Shown: piece by piece, positions 12,022-24,600 of the stretch
How the letters are laid out: the number at the start of each line of letters is the position of its first letter
Position numbering within the stretch: position 1 is the stretch's first letter
Origin: Octopus vulgaris
Lineage: Eukaryota
Direction of reading: 5' to 3'
DNA: 64,000 nucleotides
Assembly: GCA_951406725.2 (NCBI GenBank)
Contig: OX597832.1
Coordinates: 50,406,001 to 50,470,000, forward strand
Notes under the pieces: model-generated
Told to the model about the DNA's origin: nothing
The model's database searches: none
Seen by the model: the letters and a program-made list of their open reading frames with translations, nothing else
Translations under genes and position numbers: made by a program

Positions 12022-12313
12022 CTAGCAGTATCGCCCGGCATTGCTCGGGTTTGTAAGGGAAATAACTATATAAGCATTTTTAGAGAGTTACTTCCCTTAT
12101 ATAAACCGAGCAAAAAATGCAAAACAAATTATGGTAAATTTTTTTTTTAATCATAGACTCAGCGTAGACGCACGCTAATACCCAGAAGGGCTCGATATGA
12201 ATCACAACTATAAGATACCTGCTTTTGGTTAAACTGCACCGCAAAATGTGGGAGTAAAGAATCTAAATCGGAGGAGACAGACTCTCACACAACTTCAGTT
12301 TTATATATAAAGA
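12022..12313 (-). mobile_element. Non-autonomous Helitron (292 bp)
   Basis: On the minus strand: 5' TC start, subterminal hairpin CCCGAGCAATGCCGGG, 3' CTAG end, inserted between A and T with no TSD. Confidence 0.8.
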
Positions 12314-12360
12314 TAAATTGAAGACAAAACAGCTTTCTGATGGTTTTAAAAAGTTCATTT

Positions 12361-12366
12361 TTTAAT
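12361..12366 (-). promoter_or_regulatory. Candidate GFM1 polyadenylation signal (ATTAAA)
   Basis: ATTAAA on the minus strand about 128 nt after the stop codon; no transcript evidence. Confidence 0.35.
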
Positions 12367-12493
12367 TTACAATATGGAATTTGATGTGAATAGATAAGAG
12401 TTAGTTTTGTAATCTTCTTTACAACCCCTATCACAATTTCATGTCCACGTGTCTCAAAATCTATATAACAAAGTGTCCTAAACAATACGATAC

Positions 12494-12685
12494 TCAATTC
12501 CGTTTCTTCTTTTTCTTTTTGTCTGGTTGACCAATCTGAAGACTTTCCTGGTATTCGTCTATCAAAGTCTGTTGCGTATCAGCTCGGGCTGGACAATAAC
12601 GGCTAAATTCCATTGTAAACTCGCCTTTACCCTGAGTTGAAGATCGTAGCTCTGTTGCATAACCAAACATGTCGTTTAATGGTAC
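12494..12685 (-). CDS. GFM1: GFM1 exon 19, terminal ([27 protein letters not shown]...[11 protein letters not shown])
   Basis: Domain V motif and polybasic tail; TGA stop at 12494-12496. Confidence 0.96.
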   Translation of the reverse strand, partial: VPLNDMFGYATELRSSTQGKGEFTMEFSRYCPARADTQQTLIDEYQESLQIGQPDKKKKKKRN

Positions 12686-15600
12686 CTGCAAGAAAGGACA
12701 TAAGAATAAGAATGTTGTCTGTCTTTCAGACTGGGTGCAGCAAAGGTAATTAAACTTCTTTGTGTGGTGTATAAGAAAAGGATGGGTGATTAAAATCATC
12801 ATCATCGTTTAACGTCCGCTTTCCATGCCAGCATGGGTTGGACGCTTTGACTGAGGACTGGAAAACCAGATGGCTGCACCAGACTCCAATCTGATCTGGC
12901 AGAGTTTCTACAGCTTGATGCCCTTCTTAATGCCAACCACTCCGAGAGTGTAGTGGGTGCTTTTACGTGCCACCTGCACAGAAGCCAGTCCAGCGGCCTG
13001 AGGACTGGAAAACCAGATGGCTGCACCAGGCTCCAATCTGATCTGGCAGAGTTTCTACAGCTTGATGCCCTTCTTAATGCCAACCACTCCGAGAGTGTAG
13101 TGGGTGCTTTTACGTGCCACCGGCACAGAAGCCAGTCCAGCGGCCTGAGGACTGGAAAACCAGATGGCTGCACCAGGCTCCAATGGTACTTTTTATGTGC
13201 CACCGGCACGGAAGCCAGTTTGCTGCTCTGGCAACGATGACACTCGGGTGGTGCTCTTAGCACTCCACTAGCACAGATGCCAAATGACTTTTTTATATTA
13301 CAAGTCCTCAGGAAAGATGACAGGCGACACTGATACCAACAAAATTTGAACTTACAACCATGAGATGAAAGTGAATCATAATAACCCTTTAACATTCAGA
13401 TTACTCTGTCAAATTTAATACTTATTAATTTGCATTGTTTTGAATTAATCATGCATTATCTATTAACTTTGAGATTTCAATGATGTGATTGTATATTTTT
13501 AAAATGACGATGTAGGGTAGACATGAGAGGCCAGATTTTGACAGTTTGAACATAAAACAGGTAGAATATTTTGGCTGAGTGTGGCTGGTTTTAAATCCTA
13601 AAGGATTCCTATAGGGGCAGTGGCTGGTTTAAATGCTAGAGGGTTCCTACAAGCACAGGAGTGGCTGTGTAGTAAGTAGCTTGCTCCCCAACCACATGGT
13701 TCCAGGTTCAGTCCCACTGCATGGTACCTTGGGAAAGTGTCTTCTACTATAGCCTTGGGCTGACCAAAGCCTTGTGAGTGGATTTGGTAGACGGAAACTG
13801 AAAGAAGCCCATTGTATATATATGTAGATATCTATATGTGCCTTTGTGCCTGGCCCCCTATTACCACTTGACAACTGATGTTGGAGCGTTTACATCCCCA
13901 CAACTTAGTCTATCAGTCTCTTTTGCCGAACCACTAAGTACCAGGCTTTAAAAAAAAAGGTACTGGGGTTGATTCACCATCATCATTCCATGGTGGCATG
14001 GGTAGGACGGTTTCACAAGAGCCAGCCAGGCAGAAGCCTGCACCAGACTTCTGTGACTGTACAGCTGGATGCCCTTCCTAACACCAACCACTCAGCAGAG
14101 TGGACTTCGTGCTTTTTTATGTGGCACAGGCAAGGTCAGTTTTGGTAAGGTTTTTGCAGTTGGAAGCCCTTCTGAACCCCAACCACTTTACGGTGTGAAC
14201 TGGGTGCTTTCAAGTGGCTCTTGCACTAACAGGGTCACCAAGTGCAAGACAAAATTCAACTAAAAATTCAAGGTGGTGCCCCAGCATGGCCACAGATAAT
14301 GACTGAAACAAGTAAAATATATACAGTTTAATAATTGCTGGGGGGGTTTTTTTTTTTTTTTCAATATTTTTATTATGAATTAAAAAGTGTTTCCAGAGAA
14401 GCAGAGGGAGGTATAGTGAGAGAAAGAAAGAAAATGAGAAGGGGAAATCTAGGGAAGGAGAGAGTGAAAGAGAAAAAAAATCTAAAGAATTTCATCAAGT
14501 AAAGGTGTGTGGCCTAGTGATAAGGGTGTTAGGCTTGTGATTGTAACATCAATGTGACAGGCTTAGCCTTCAAGAATAATACCCCAGGAGCTGTCTTATT
14601 TATAAGCATTTTTACCAGGGAACATGTGGAAGGGGTAGACCCAGGAAGATGTGGGACGATGTAGTGAGAAAGGATCTACAGACATCAGGACCCACAGAGG
14701 GGATGACAGGAGACCAAGCAACTCACAGCTGGATAATTTACAAGGCACTTAGTAGTTGCTACTAGTAACTCTTATAGCATGGATTCTTCTTCTCTTCCCA
14801 CCAGTCAGGGAGGTCCCAAAAAGATCAAGGATGTTCCTTCTTTGACTAACCCATTAGCATTTAAACCATTCCTATCAGGCCCCAAATATTCTATCTGTTT
14901 TATATTCAAACTGACCAGCCCTAGCCTCTCATACCTCCCCTACCATGTCACTCCGAAAATAAACAATCACATCATTAAAATTTCAGAGCTTATGACATAA
15001 TAGATAATTAATTCAAAACAATGTGAATAAATAAACATTACATATGAGAGAAAAAGTAATCTGGATGCTATCAGGTTTCCTTTAAATAATATAGAAACTT
15101 AAGAGAAAGAAACAGAGAGGAATTGTGAAAATACATTGAGAATTCTGAGTGACGTTACACCTACCTCACATTGTATTATTGTATAGCCTTCATTTGCATC
15201 TGTTCCCAAAACAACAGCATGGCGCCGATGAAGAGTAATCATGACATTTTTCTCATATTCAAACGGAATGACAACTTCTACAGACATAACAGGCTCCAAA
15301 ATTTGAAAATTTCCACCTTCAAATACTTGAAAAATGACAAAAAATAAAAAAAGTGATTATGATATTTCTGTATTGAATTAGAGAACGTGAGACATAAATA
15401 GTAGGAATTGCAATGAAGTCAACACTGGAATTCCAGAGTTTGTTAAACATAAAAAATAAAACCATGACAAAGAAATGAAGCTGGTATGCTAAGAAATGAA
15501 GGCAGCTGTGTGGTAAGTAGCTTGTTTACCAACCACATGGTTCCGGGTTCAGTCCCACTGCGTGGCACCTTGGGCAAGTGTCTTCTACTCTAGCCTCGGG

Positions 15601-18600
15601 CCGACCAAAGCCTTGTGAGTGGATTTGGTAGACGGAAACTGAAAGAAGCCCGTCGTGTATATGTAATATATATATGTGTCTGCGTTTGTCCTCCCAACAT
15701 TGCTTGACAACCGATGCTGGTGTGTTTATGTCCACGTTACTTAGCGGTTCGGCAAAAGAGAACGATAGAATAAGTACTGGGCTTACAAAAGAATAAGACC
15801 CAGGGTCGAGTTGCTTGATTAAAGGCGGTGCTCCAGCATGGCCGCAGTCAAATGACTGAAACGAGTAAAAGAATAAGAGTATGCTTTGCTGGATGGGTAA
15901 TTGAGTATCGTATTGTTTAGGACACTTTGTTATATAGATTTTGAGACACATGGACATGAACGATACATAAATATATATATATATCATCATCATCGTTTAT
16001 CGTGTTTTCCATGCTGGCATGGGTTGGACGATTCGACTGAGGACTGGCGAACCAGATAGCTACACCAGGCTCTAATCTGATCTGGCAGAGGTCCTACAGC
16101 TGGATGCCCTTCCTAATGCCAACCACTCCGAGAGTGTAGTGGGTGCTTTTTACATGCCACACACACATATCATCATTGTTTAACATCTGCTTTCCATGCT
16201 GGCACATACAACAATTTGAGAGCAAAACTGGGTATATGTAGCATCAAATGTGTGCAAGAGAGAAGACTATGCTAGTATGGCCAGGTAATTGCATCAAGAG
16301 ATGTTGATCTCTAACTGTAGAGAGAACATGTGGAAGGGGTAGACCCAGGAAGATGTGGTGAGAAAGGATCTACAGACATCAGGACCCACAGAGGGGATGA
16401 CAGGAGACCAAGACTCCTGACAGTTTGCTGTGCTCGAAAAGACACATCAAACTAAGTAGAAGTGTGGTTACCTTTGCGTACAAGCTTGTCCCCTGCGTCC
16501 ATCTCCAGCTGAACATCCCTAATCTAGTGGGCTCATAGGTGCCACATAAAAAGCATCCGTGCTAGTGCTGTATAAAAAACACCCAGTACACTCTGTAAAG
16601 GGGTTGGTGTTAGGAAGGGCATCCAGCCATAGAAACCATACCGAAACAGACATGGAACCCAAACAATCCTTTAGCTGGTCAGCTCCTGTCAAACCGTCCA
16701 ACCCATGACAGCATGGAAAACAGACGTTAAATGATGATGTTGACAATAACAAGTAGGTGCAGGCATGGCTGTGTGGTAAGAAGCTTGCTTCCCAACCACA
16801 TGGTACCGGGTTCAGTCCCACTGTGTGGCACCATAGGCAAGTATTTTCTACTATAGCCCTGGACTGACAAAATGAATTTGTGAATGAATTTAGTAGACGG
16901 AAACTGAAAGAAGCCTGTCATGCTTAGCAGCATTTCATCCATCTTAACATTCTAAGATTCATAGTTGAAACATCTAAGAACATTAACATCAGTTAAAAAA
17001 AAAAAAATCACGTTAAAATGTCCAGGTTTACCTTGTTTTACTGCACCTTCTGCTGCTGTGAAGAAAGAAAACTCACTGGAATCTACAATGTGATGAGCAC
17101 CTGAAAGATTAGAAGCAGGTAAAATAAATATATCGTTAGAATATTATTTGAAGTAAAAAATATTCTGTATGTGAGTGTGTACATATATGCATACCTATAT
17201 AATTGGCACTCCGTCTGTTACAACGATGCGAGTTCCAGTTGGTTCAATCAATGGAACAGCCTGCTCGTGATATTAATGTGCAAGTGGCTGAGTACTCCAC
17301 AGACACATTCACCCCTTAATGTAGTTCTCAAGGAGATTCAATGTGACACAGAGTGTGACAAAGCTGGCCCTTTGAAATACAGGCACTACTCATTTTTTTC
17401 CGCAGCTGAGTGGACTGGAGCAACGTGAAATAAAGTGTCTTGCTCAAGGACACAGCACATCACCAGGAATTGAACTCACGACCTTGTGATCATGAGCCAA
17501 ATACCCTAACCACTAAGCCATATGCCTTCACATACATATATACTCACATATATATGTATATGTGTGTATATATATGTAATTATTAATGTCAAGAATTTTA
17601 TAAACTTTCATGAGAACATGAAATAATACTTTCTTTTTTCAGTTCTATATTTAAGAGATGAGGAATTAGTTTGCTGTTAACACAATGTTTCGGCTGATAT
17701 GACCTCCACGGGCATATAGCATAGTGGTTAAGAGCGTGGCTACTAACCCCAAGATTCCGAGTTCGATTCTAAGCAGTGACCTGAACAATAATAATAATGA
17801 TGATAATAACATCGAAAAATACCTTAGGAATGAGAACCCAGGTTCGAAATTTCCCCCAAGACACCTGAAGAAGGCTGGAGGGTATATCAGCCGAAACGTG
17901 TTAACAACAAGCAAGATGAGGACAAATATCCTTCGAATGTAAATAATGTAAATGCTTTCTTTTTTGTTTTTGAAACAACAGATCCCAGAGCACATCTACA
18001 GAGATGCGAATTCGTGTCCCACGGTTAGCCTTCAAATTTTTCTAGACAAAACAGATTTTACAATCCAGTATTTACATACTATTCTTAATAGATTTATGTG
18101 CTTTGAGATCTGCTGGTCCCAAAAAAGAAATATATAATTATGTATGTGCATATGTAATTATGTATGTGTATGCATAGCTGTGTGGTAATTAGCTTGCTTA
18201 TGAACCACATGGTTCCGGGTTCAGTCCCACTACGTGGAACCTTGGGCAAGTGTCTTCTACTGTAGCCTTGGGCCGACCAAGTATGGAAAAATTAAATGAT
18301 AATAATAATGGTGAGAGAAGGGTGTGATGTTGTGCTGCTGCTGATGATGAGGATTCCAAAACTTCTGCTTACCGTCTTGTAGTCTAAAGCTGACACCGGA
18401 AATTGGATGCCCGCATAAAGTCCCCTTGCCACAAGAATGTAAGAAACCCTATCAACAATAAAGACAGGAAGTTAAACAACAAAAATTTAGTTTTGGGAGA
18501 TAAAACAAGAATTAAAAGGATCAAAACTGAAGAAAATCAAACATTATTAAGTTCTGTTTACATCTATAGACATGAAACAATGCCAGAGAAAGAGGGAGAG

Positions 18601-21600
18601 AGAGACACAGCATAACCACCTTTTCTCTTGTTTTATATATATATAAAGGGAAAGTTTACGAAAATAAACAAAAGACGAAGACAGGTGGTGTACAAAACAA
18701 ACAGATGTATTAGTATAACGCCCAGGAATAGAAAAAGTCTTTTACGTTTCGAGCCTATGCTCTTCTACAGAAAGGGACACAGAAAAAAAAACAAGGAGAG
18801 AAAAAAAATGTGTAGTGGCTAACAATCTATCATGGCGTCAAGCATTCAGTCCACACTGTAAAGTGGTTGGCATTTGGAAAGACATCCAGCTGTAAAAACC
18901 ATGTCAAAACTGACCTTGCCTGTGCTGGTGCCACGTAAGAAGCAATTGTTTTCAGTTTTTGGTTTACTTTTGTTTTTTGGGCTTTTTTTTAATCTAGAGG
19001 AAGAAGCTGTAATTAATGATAGCATTTGCAGACCTTCTAAGAATGATCAAGATTGAAGTGTTAGTTGTAAATGAGTTTCACCATTATACAAGCAGTGTTG
19101 TTTCTTTCAAATCTTCCATGAATGCAGGAATCAGAAGACTCAAGGCTGGCTGGACTAAGACACCAAATTTAATGATTCCTAAGAAATATTTACAATCAAA
19201 ACTAACAAGTTTAGCACCACATTCTTTCTAAATACAGCATTTTAAAGATCGGAAACATGCCTGTTGTTAACAATGGCACTGCCCCACTTACTATTCAATG
19301 GTGTACCATCTAGTGCCCACCCAGAATAATCTGAAGCAGCCCCAAGCACCAAAGGGTCTGATCAGATATAAAATAAAAACTTTCGCTAGATACCTTTTTA
19401 ATAGCTGGTAGATAAGGTCTTGGTACGTTTGTTCCAGAGGTCTCATCAACAAATTTTAGCTGTGTGTTTTCATGTGGAGGTAATGGCTACATAAAAATAT
19501 AATAAAGTAAAACAATAATGAAAGAAAGACATCTACACATCAAAAGACGTGCACATATAATTACGGACTTCATTAAAAATATATCATTCAATATTATTGC
19601 ATTTAAAAACTAAAATTGCAATGAAATCCAAGGTAGCTTAAAGCAAATTTTTATGATAATTATCATTATTTATATTTTGCTTTTGGATTTGGTTTGCAAG
19701 ATTCTTTATATGAGTTCGTGTGTTGAAGCATATTCTGTTGTGTCTGGGGAGAGTCATTCTCTTTTTGTACCTTATAATGTAACATACTCACCGGTAAAAT
19801 TTCCACTTATTTCTTATTTTTATTTTCCTAAAATTTTCTTTGCATCTTGGAACCTTTTCAATAGTTTTCAGTTAAAAGGTTGAAAAGGTTGCAAGACGTA
19901 ACAAAAATTTTAGGAAAATAAAAATAAGAAATAAGTGGAAATTTTACCAGTGAGTGTGTTAAATTATAAGGTACAAAAAGAAAATGATGCTCCCCAGATA
20001 CAACAGAATATCATTATTTATATAAATATTTTTTCCAGGTTGGTATGGGTTGAACAAGTCAGTAATGGAATACATCTCTTGACAGTAGGTTATATCAGTT
20101 GCATGGTCCATTGTTCTCAGATCTGACCAAACTACTTGTAACACAAGATATACACTGTACATCCCATGTACAATGTAATGTGAGGTATTACATTGTCCAA
20201 ATGCATAGAAGAGGGGGTGCTGAAAAGTTCCTGGCTTTAAGGATATTGCGAAAGGCCTGATTGGAGGCCTTTTACTTCAAAGTTCTTTTACAGGGTTTAG
20301 AAAAACTGAAGGACTGCTGCAACATGTGTGTGAACCTGAGAGGGGAATATGTTGAATAAAATCATAATTAACTGATCTTCCTGTATTTTCTTTCACCCAA
20401 AACCAGGAACTTTTCAGTTTATCCGCCTACATCAATATTCAGAAGGATATCCAGCTGTAAAGACAATTCCTTTCTCCAACAATTTGCACATGCAAGCATG
20501 AAAAAGAGGTGGAAGTAAAACACAAAAGAATATAAAAAAAAAGAAGAAAAAACGTAAATTGATGTCATATTTTGGTACGGTGGGGGGGGGGGGGTAAATT
20601 GATTACATCATCCCTAGTGCTCAACTGGTACTTATTCTATTGACCCCGAATGGATGAAAGATAAAGTCAACGTCGGCAGAATTTGAACTCAAGATGAAAT
20701 GCCTCTAAGCATTTTGGCTGGCTCACTTACAATTCTGGTGGCTGACTGCCTTAAAAGAAAAAGTAAATTTTAAAAAAAATTGTTTTCATAATTAATGAAT
20801 AAAAAGTTTATTAAATTATTAATTAATAGGTACAGGTAATGGCTGTGTGGTTAAGAAGCTCACTTTACAACCACGTGGTCTCAGCTTCAGCGACTCTTCA
20901 CATCACCTTGGGTAAGTGTCTCCGGCCCTGGGCCAACCAATGTCTTGTGAGTGAATTTGGTAGACAGAAACTGAGTGGAAGTGAAGGTGGTGAGCTGGCA
21001 GAAATGTTAGCATGCCGGGTGAAATGCTTAGTGGTATTTTATCTGCCGCTACGTTCTGCGTTCAAATTCCGCCGAGGTCAACTTTGCCTTTCACCCTTTC
21101 GGAGTTGATAAATTAAGTACCAGTTATGCACTGGAGTTGATGTAATCGACTTAATCCCTTTGTCTCTCCTTGTTTGTCCCCTCTATGTTTAGCCCCTTGT
21201 GGGCAATAAAGAAATAAGAAACTGAGTGGAAGTCCATCACACACACACACACATATATGTATGTGTGTGCTTGTGCAAGCCACCTCCCAACAAGTGTTGG
21301 TTTGTTTATGTCCCTGTAATTTAGATGTTTGGCAAATGAGATCACTTGAATAAGTATCAGAGATAGAAAAAAGTTCTGGGGTCAAATTGTTCAACTAAAC
21401 CCTTCAAAATGGTGCACCAGCATGACCATAGGCCACTGACTGAAACAAGTCAAAGATAAAAAATTCATTCATTCATTCATAATATAATTTGAAATAAACG
21501 AAAGTGTCAACTGACCTCCATAATTCCTATGACGCGACCATATTGACCCTGACCTCCTGACTGTCTTTTATGAAGGTAATCGAATCTGAAATGAAAGAAA

Positions 21601-24600
21601 ATTGTCCATTATCACATTTGGGAACTTTTATATCTTTATGAAAATACAATTTCTCTCTCTTAAAATATCACTGTCTTGAGTCTTAGGACTCGTAAGGCCA
21701 GTTATCCGGTTTCCAATGTGTATAAGTGGCCGAGATCATAACATCTACCTAGAAAAGGATGCCGGACTTCTCACAGGATTACACACTTACAGCTAAGTGG
21801 ACTGGAGCAATATGAAATGAGGTGCTTTTTCTCAAGAACACAATGCACTGCTTGGTCTGGGAATTGAAACCGTGATCGTGAGTACAACAACCTCATCACT
21901 AGGCCATATACCTAAACCACAATTTCTTTTCAGCTATACCAAAATATCTTTACGGCTACACTGGTACCCTGTTGATTATTATAATGATGAGGGTTCCAGA
22001 TGATTTGATCAATGGAACAGCCAGCTTGTGAAATTAACATGCAAGTGGCTGAGCACTCCACAGACATGCATACCTTTAACGTAGTTCTCAGGGAGATTCA
22101 GCGTGACATAGAGTGTAACAAGGTGGTGAGCTGGCAGAAACGTTAGCACGCTAGGCGAAATACTTATTGATATTTTGTCTGCCATTACACCGACTTTGCC
22201 TTTCATCCTTTCGGGGTCAATAAATTAAGTACCAGTTACGCACTGAAGTCAATGTAACTGACAATCCGTTTGTCTGTCCTTGTTTGTCCCCTCTATGTTT
22301 AGCCCCTTGTGGGTAGTAAAGGACAAGGCTGGTTCTTTGAAACAGAGATACTACTCATTTTTGCCAGCTAAGTGGACTGGAGTAATGTGAAATAAAGTGT
22401 CTTACTCAAGGACACAAAGGACTGCCAGGTATTGAACTCACAACCTTACAATCTTGAGCTAAATATCCTAACCACTTAGCCACATGCCTTCGCAACTTTA
22501 CAACTACAGAAAGATAAAGAAATGTAGATTGTGGTGAGAATGAAAATTAGCATCAACAGCCCTGCCACTCCATTCTAAGATTGAAACACTGTTGCCATTG
22601 GTGCCATGCTGTGTTGACAAACAACAACAACAATAACAGCCTTTGCTTCAATCAAATAAATTGTGTACAAAACGTTACAAATAAATGATAAATAACAAAT
22701 GAAACAATATACTTACTCGCAAGGAGCTAAAAGAGTTTCTCGGAAAGCAACTTTAGGTTTCCCAAGAACACATTTGGCATTGTATTCCCGTTCCAAGCGC
22801 TGAAATATATTTTCAATAAACACAGTTTTACTATCTTTTGAAATATTAGCTTTTAGAAATACCCATTTATAAAATACCCCATTATTGAGTGAGAGAGCAG
22901 CACAGGCCATCAAAGTGATACTGGGGTACAAATATACAAAACCCAATATACCCATCATGACTAGTCAAGTAGCCCATCCCACTCAAAATGTCCCTGAAAA
23001 AGGGTTGTTTAAGGATGTTGAACAAAACACTCATGTTTCCAGAGGTGAATTATTTAAACCCCAAAGAATTCCTCTCGACACATGGCTATGATGCTGCCCC
23101 ACTACGTCTGCTCATTACTAGAGGTGCACATATCATCAGCCACTAAGGGACATGCTTGACAGATTACGGTCAAACAACTGACCAGCAAATCTGTGGCATT
23201 GAGCAGAATATTTGCTGTAGCCCAGCTTTTATACCAAGACAAAACATGTACATGATAACACTTCCAATCAGTTAAGATCAAAAGCCATGATCTTAACTGG
23301 TAGTATTATTCTTACTATTTCAAAGGCAGCAAGCTAGCAGAATCATTAGAAGGTGGCGAGCTGGCAGAAACGTTAGCACGCCGGGCGAAATGCTTAGCGG
23401 TATTTCGTCTGCCGTTACGTCCTGAGTTCAAATTCCGCCGAGGTCAACTTTGTGTTTCATCCTTTCGGGGTTGATAAATTAAGTACCAGTTACGCACTGG
23501 TATCGATGTAATCGACTTAATCCCCTTATCTGTCCTTGTTTGTCCCCTCTGTTTAGCCCCTGGTGGGCAATAAAGAAATAAGAATCATTAGCATACTGGA
23601 TAAAATGCTTAGAGGAATTTCATCCTCCTTTATATTATGAGTCCAAATTCTGCTGAGGTTGATTTTGCCTTTTATCCTTTTGGGGGTTGATAAAATAAGC
23701 ATCAGTTGAACACTAGAATTCAGTTTAATCAACTTACCCACCTCCCTAAAATTGCTGGCCTTGTGCCAAAATTTGAAACCATTATTATTATTATTAGTAG
23801 TAGTAGTATTTCAAAGGCGGCAAGCTGGCAGATTTGTTACCACCACAGGGCAAAGTGCTTAATGGCATTTTTCTGGGCCATTGATATAATGCAGTGATAA
23901 AAATGAGAAAATTCATTCCAAGGTCCACAGAAACATCGAAATGACATATTTCCCACCTGCACCAGGTAAACACAACAAAGAGGAGGAAAAATATTGCTTA
24001 CCTGAGTATAGATGTCTAAATGCAGTTCACCCATGCCAGAGATCAATGTTTCTCTGCTCTCGGGATTAAATTTAACAACCAATGTAGGGTCTTCTTTGGT
24101 GAATCGAGCCAAACCTTTAGAAAAGTTGTCTGAATCTTTCTGGCTCACTGGTTGGATTGACATAGATATCACTGGTTCAGGGATATACATGGATTCCTGT
24201 GAAAATTCGAGAAGATTTTTTGTAATAAAAAAAACAAACAAGTGTGATGGAGCAGAAGAAACCAGATTAAATGTCTTTTATCTCTTACTTACAATTCCCT
24301 ATGTTCTAAGTTCAAATAATGCCAAAGTCACCTTAACATTTCCCCTCTCTAGTATCAATAAAATAATTACCAAAAATATAATTTTCTTCAATTCACTGCT
24401 CCCCTTCTCTATAAGAAACTGGCTGTTTTGGTGCTTAACCAAAAACAAAATTGAGATTCTTCATTTAACCCTTTCGTTACAAACCCGGCTGAAACCAGCT
24501 CTGGCTCTGTAGTACAAATGCCTTGCTTTCAAAAGTTCTGAATTAAAATCTTCCACCAAACCTTAGTTTGTTCCTAATACTAGTTGAATGATAACTAAGT

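Noticed and set aside
12802-13395. 197-aa ORF with an internal repeat
   Set aside because: Reading frame through a 147-bp tandem duplication of an RTE 3' UTR repeat inside a GFM1 intron; not a gene.
17707-17785. Possible tRNA gene (also the SINE heads at 9241, 11461 and 34809)
   Set aside because: A and B boxes are present, but there is no clean acceptor stem and each is fused to a repeat body; these are tRNA-derived heads.
24012-24512. 166-aa plus-strand ORF
   Set aside because: Antisense shadow of GFM1 exon 12 running into intron and MITE sequence.
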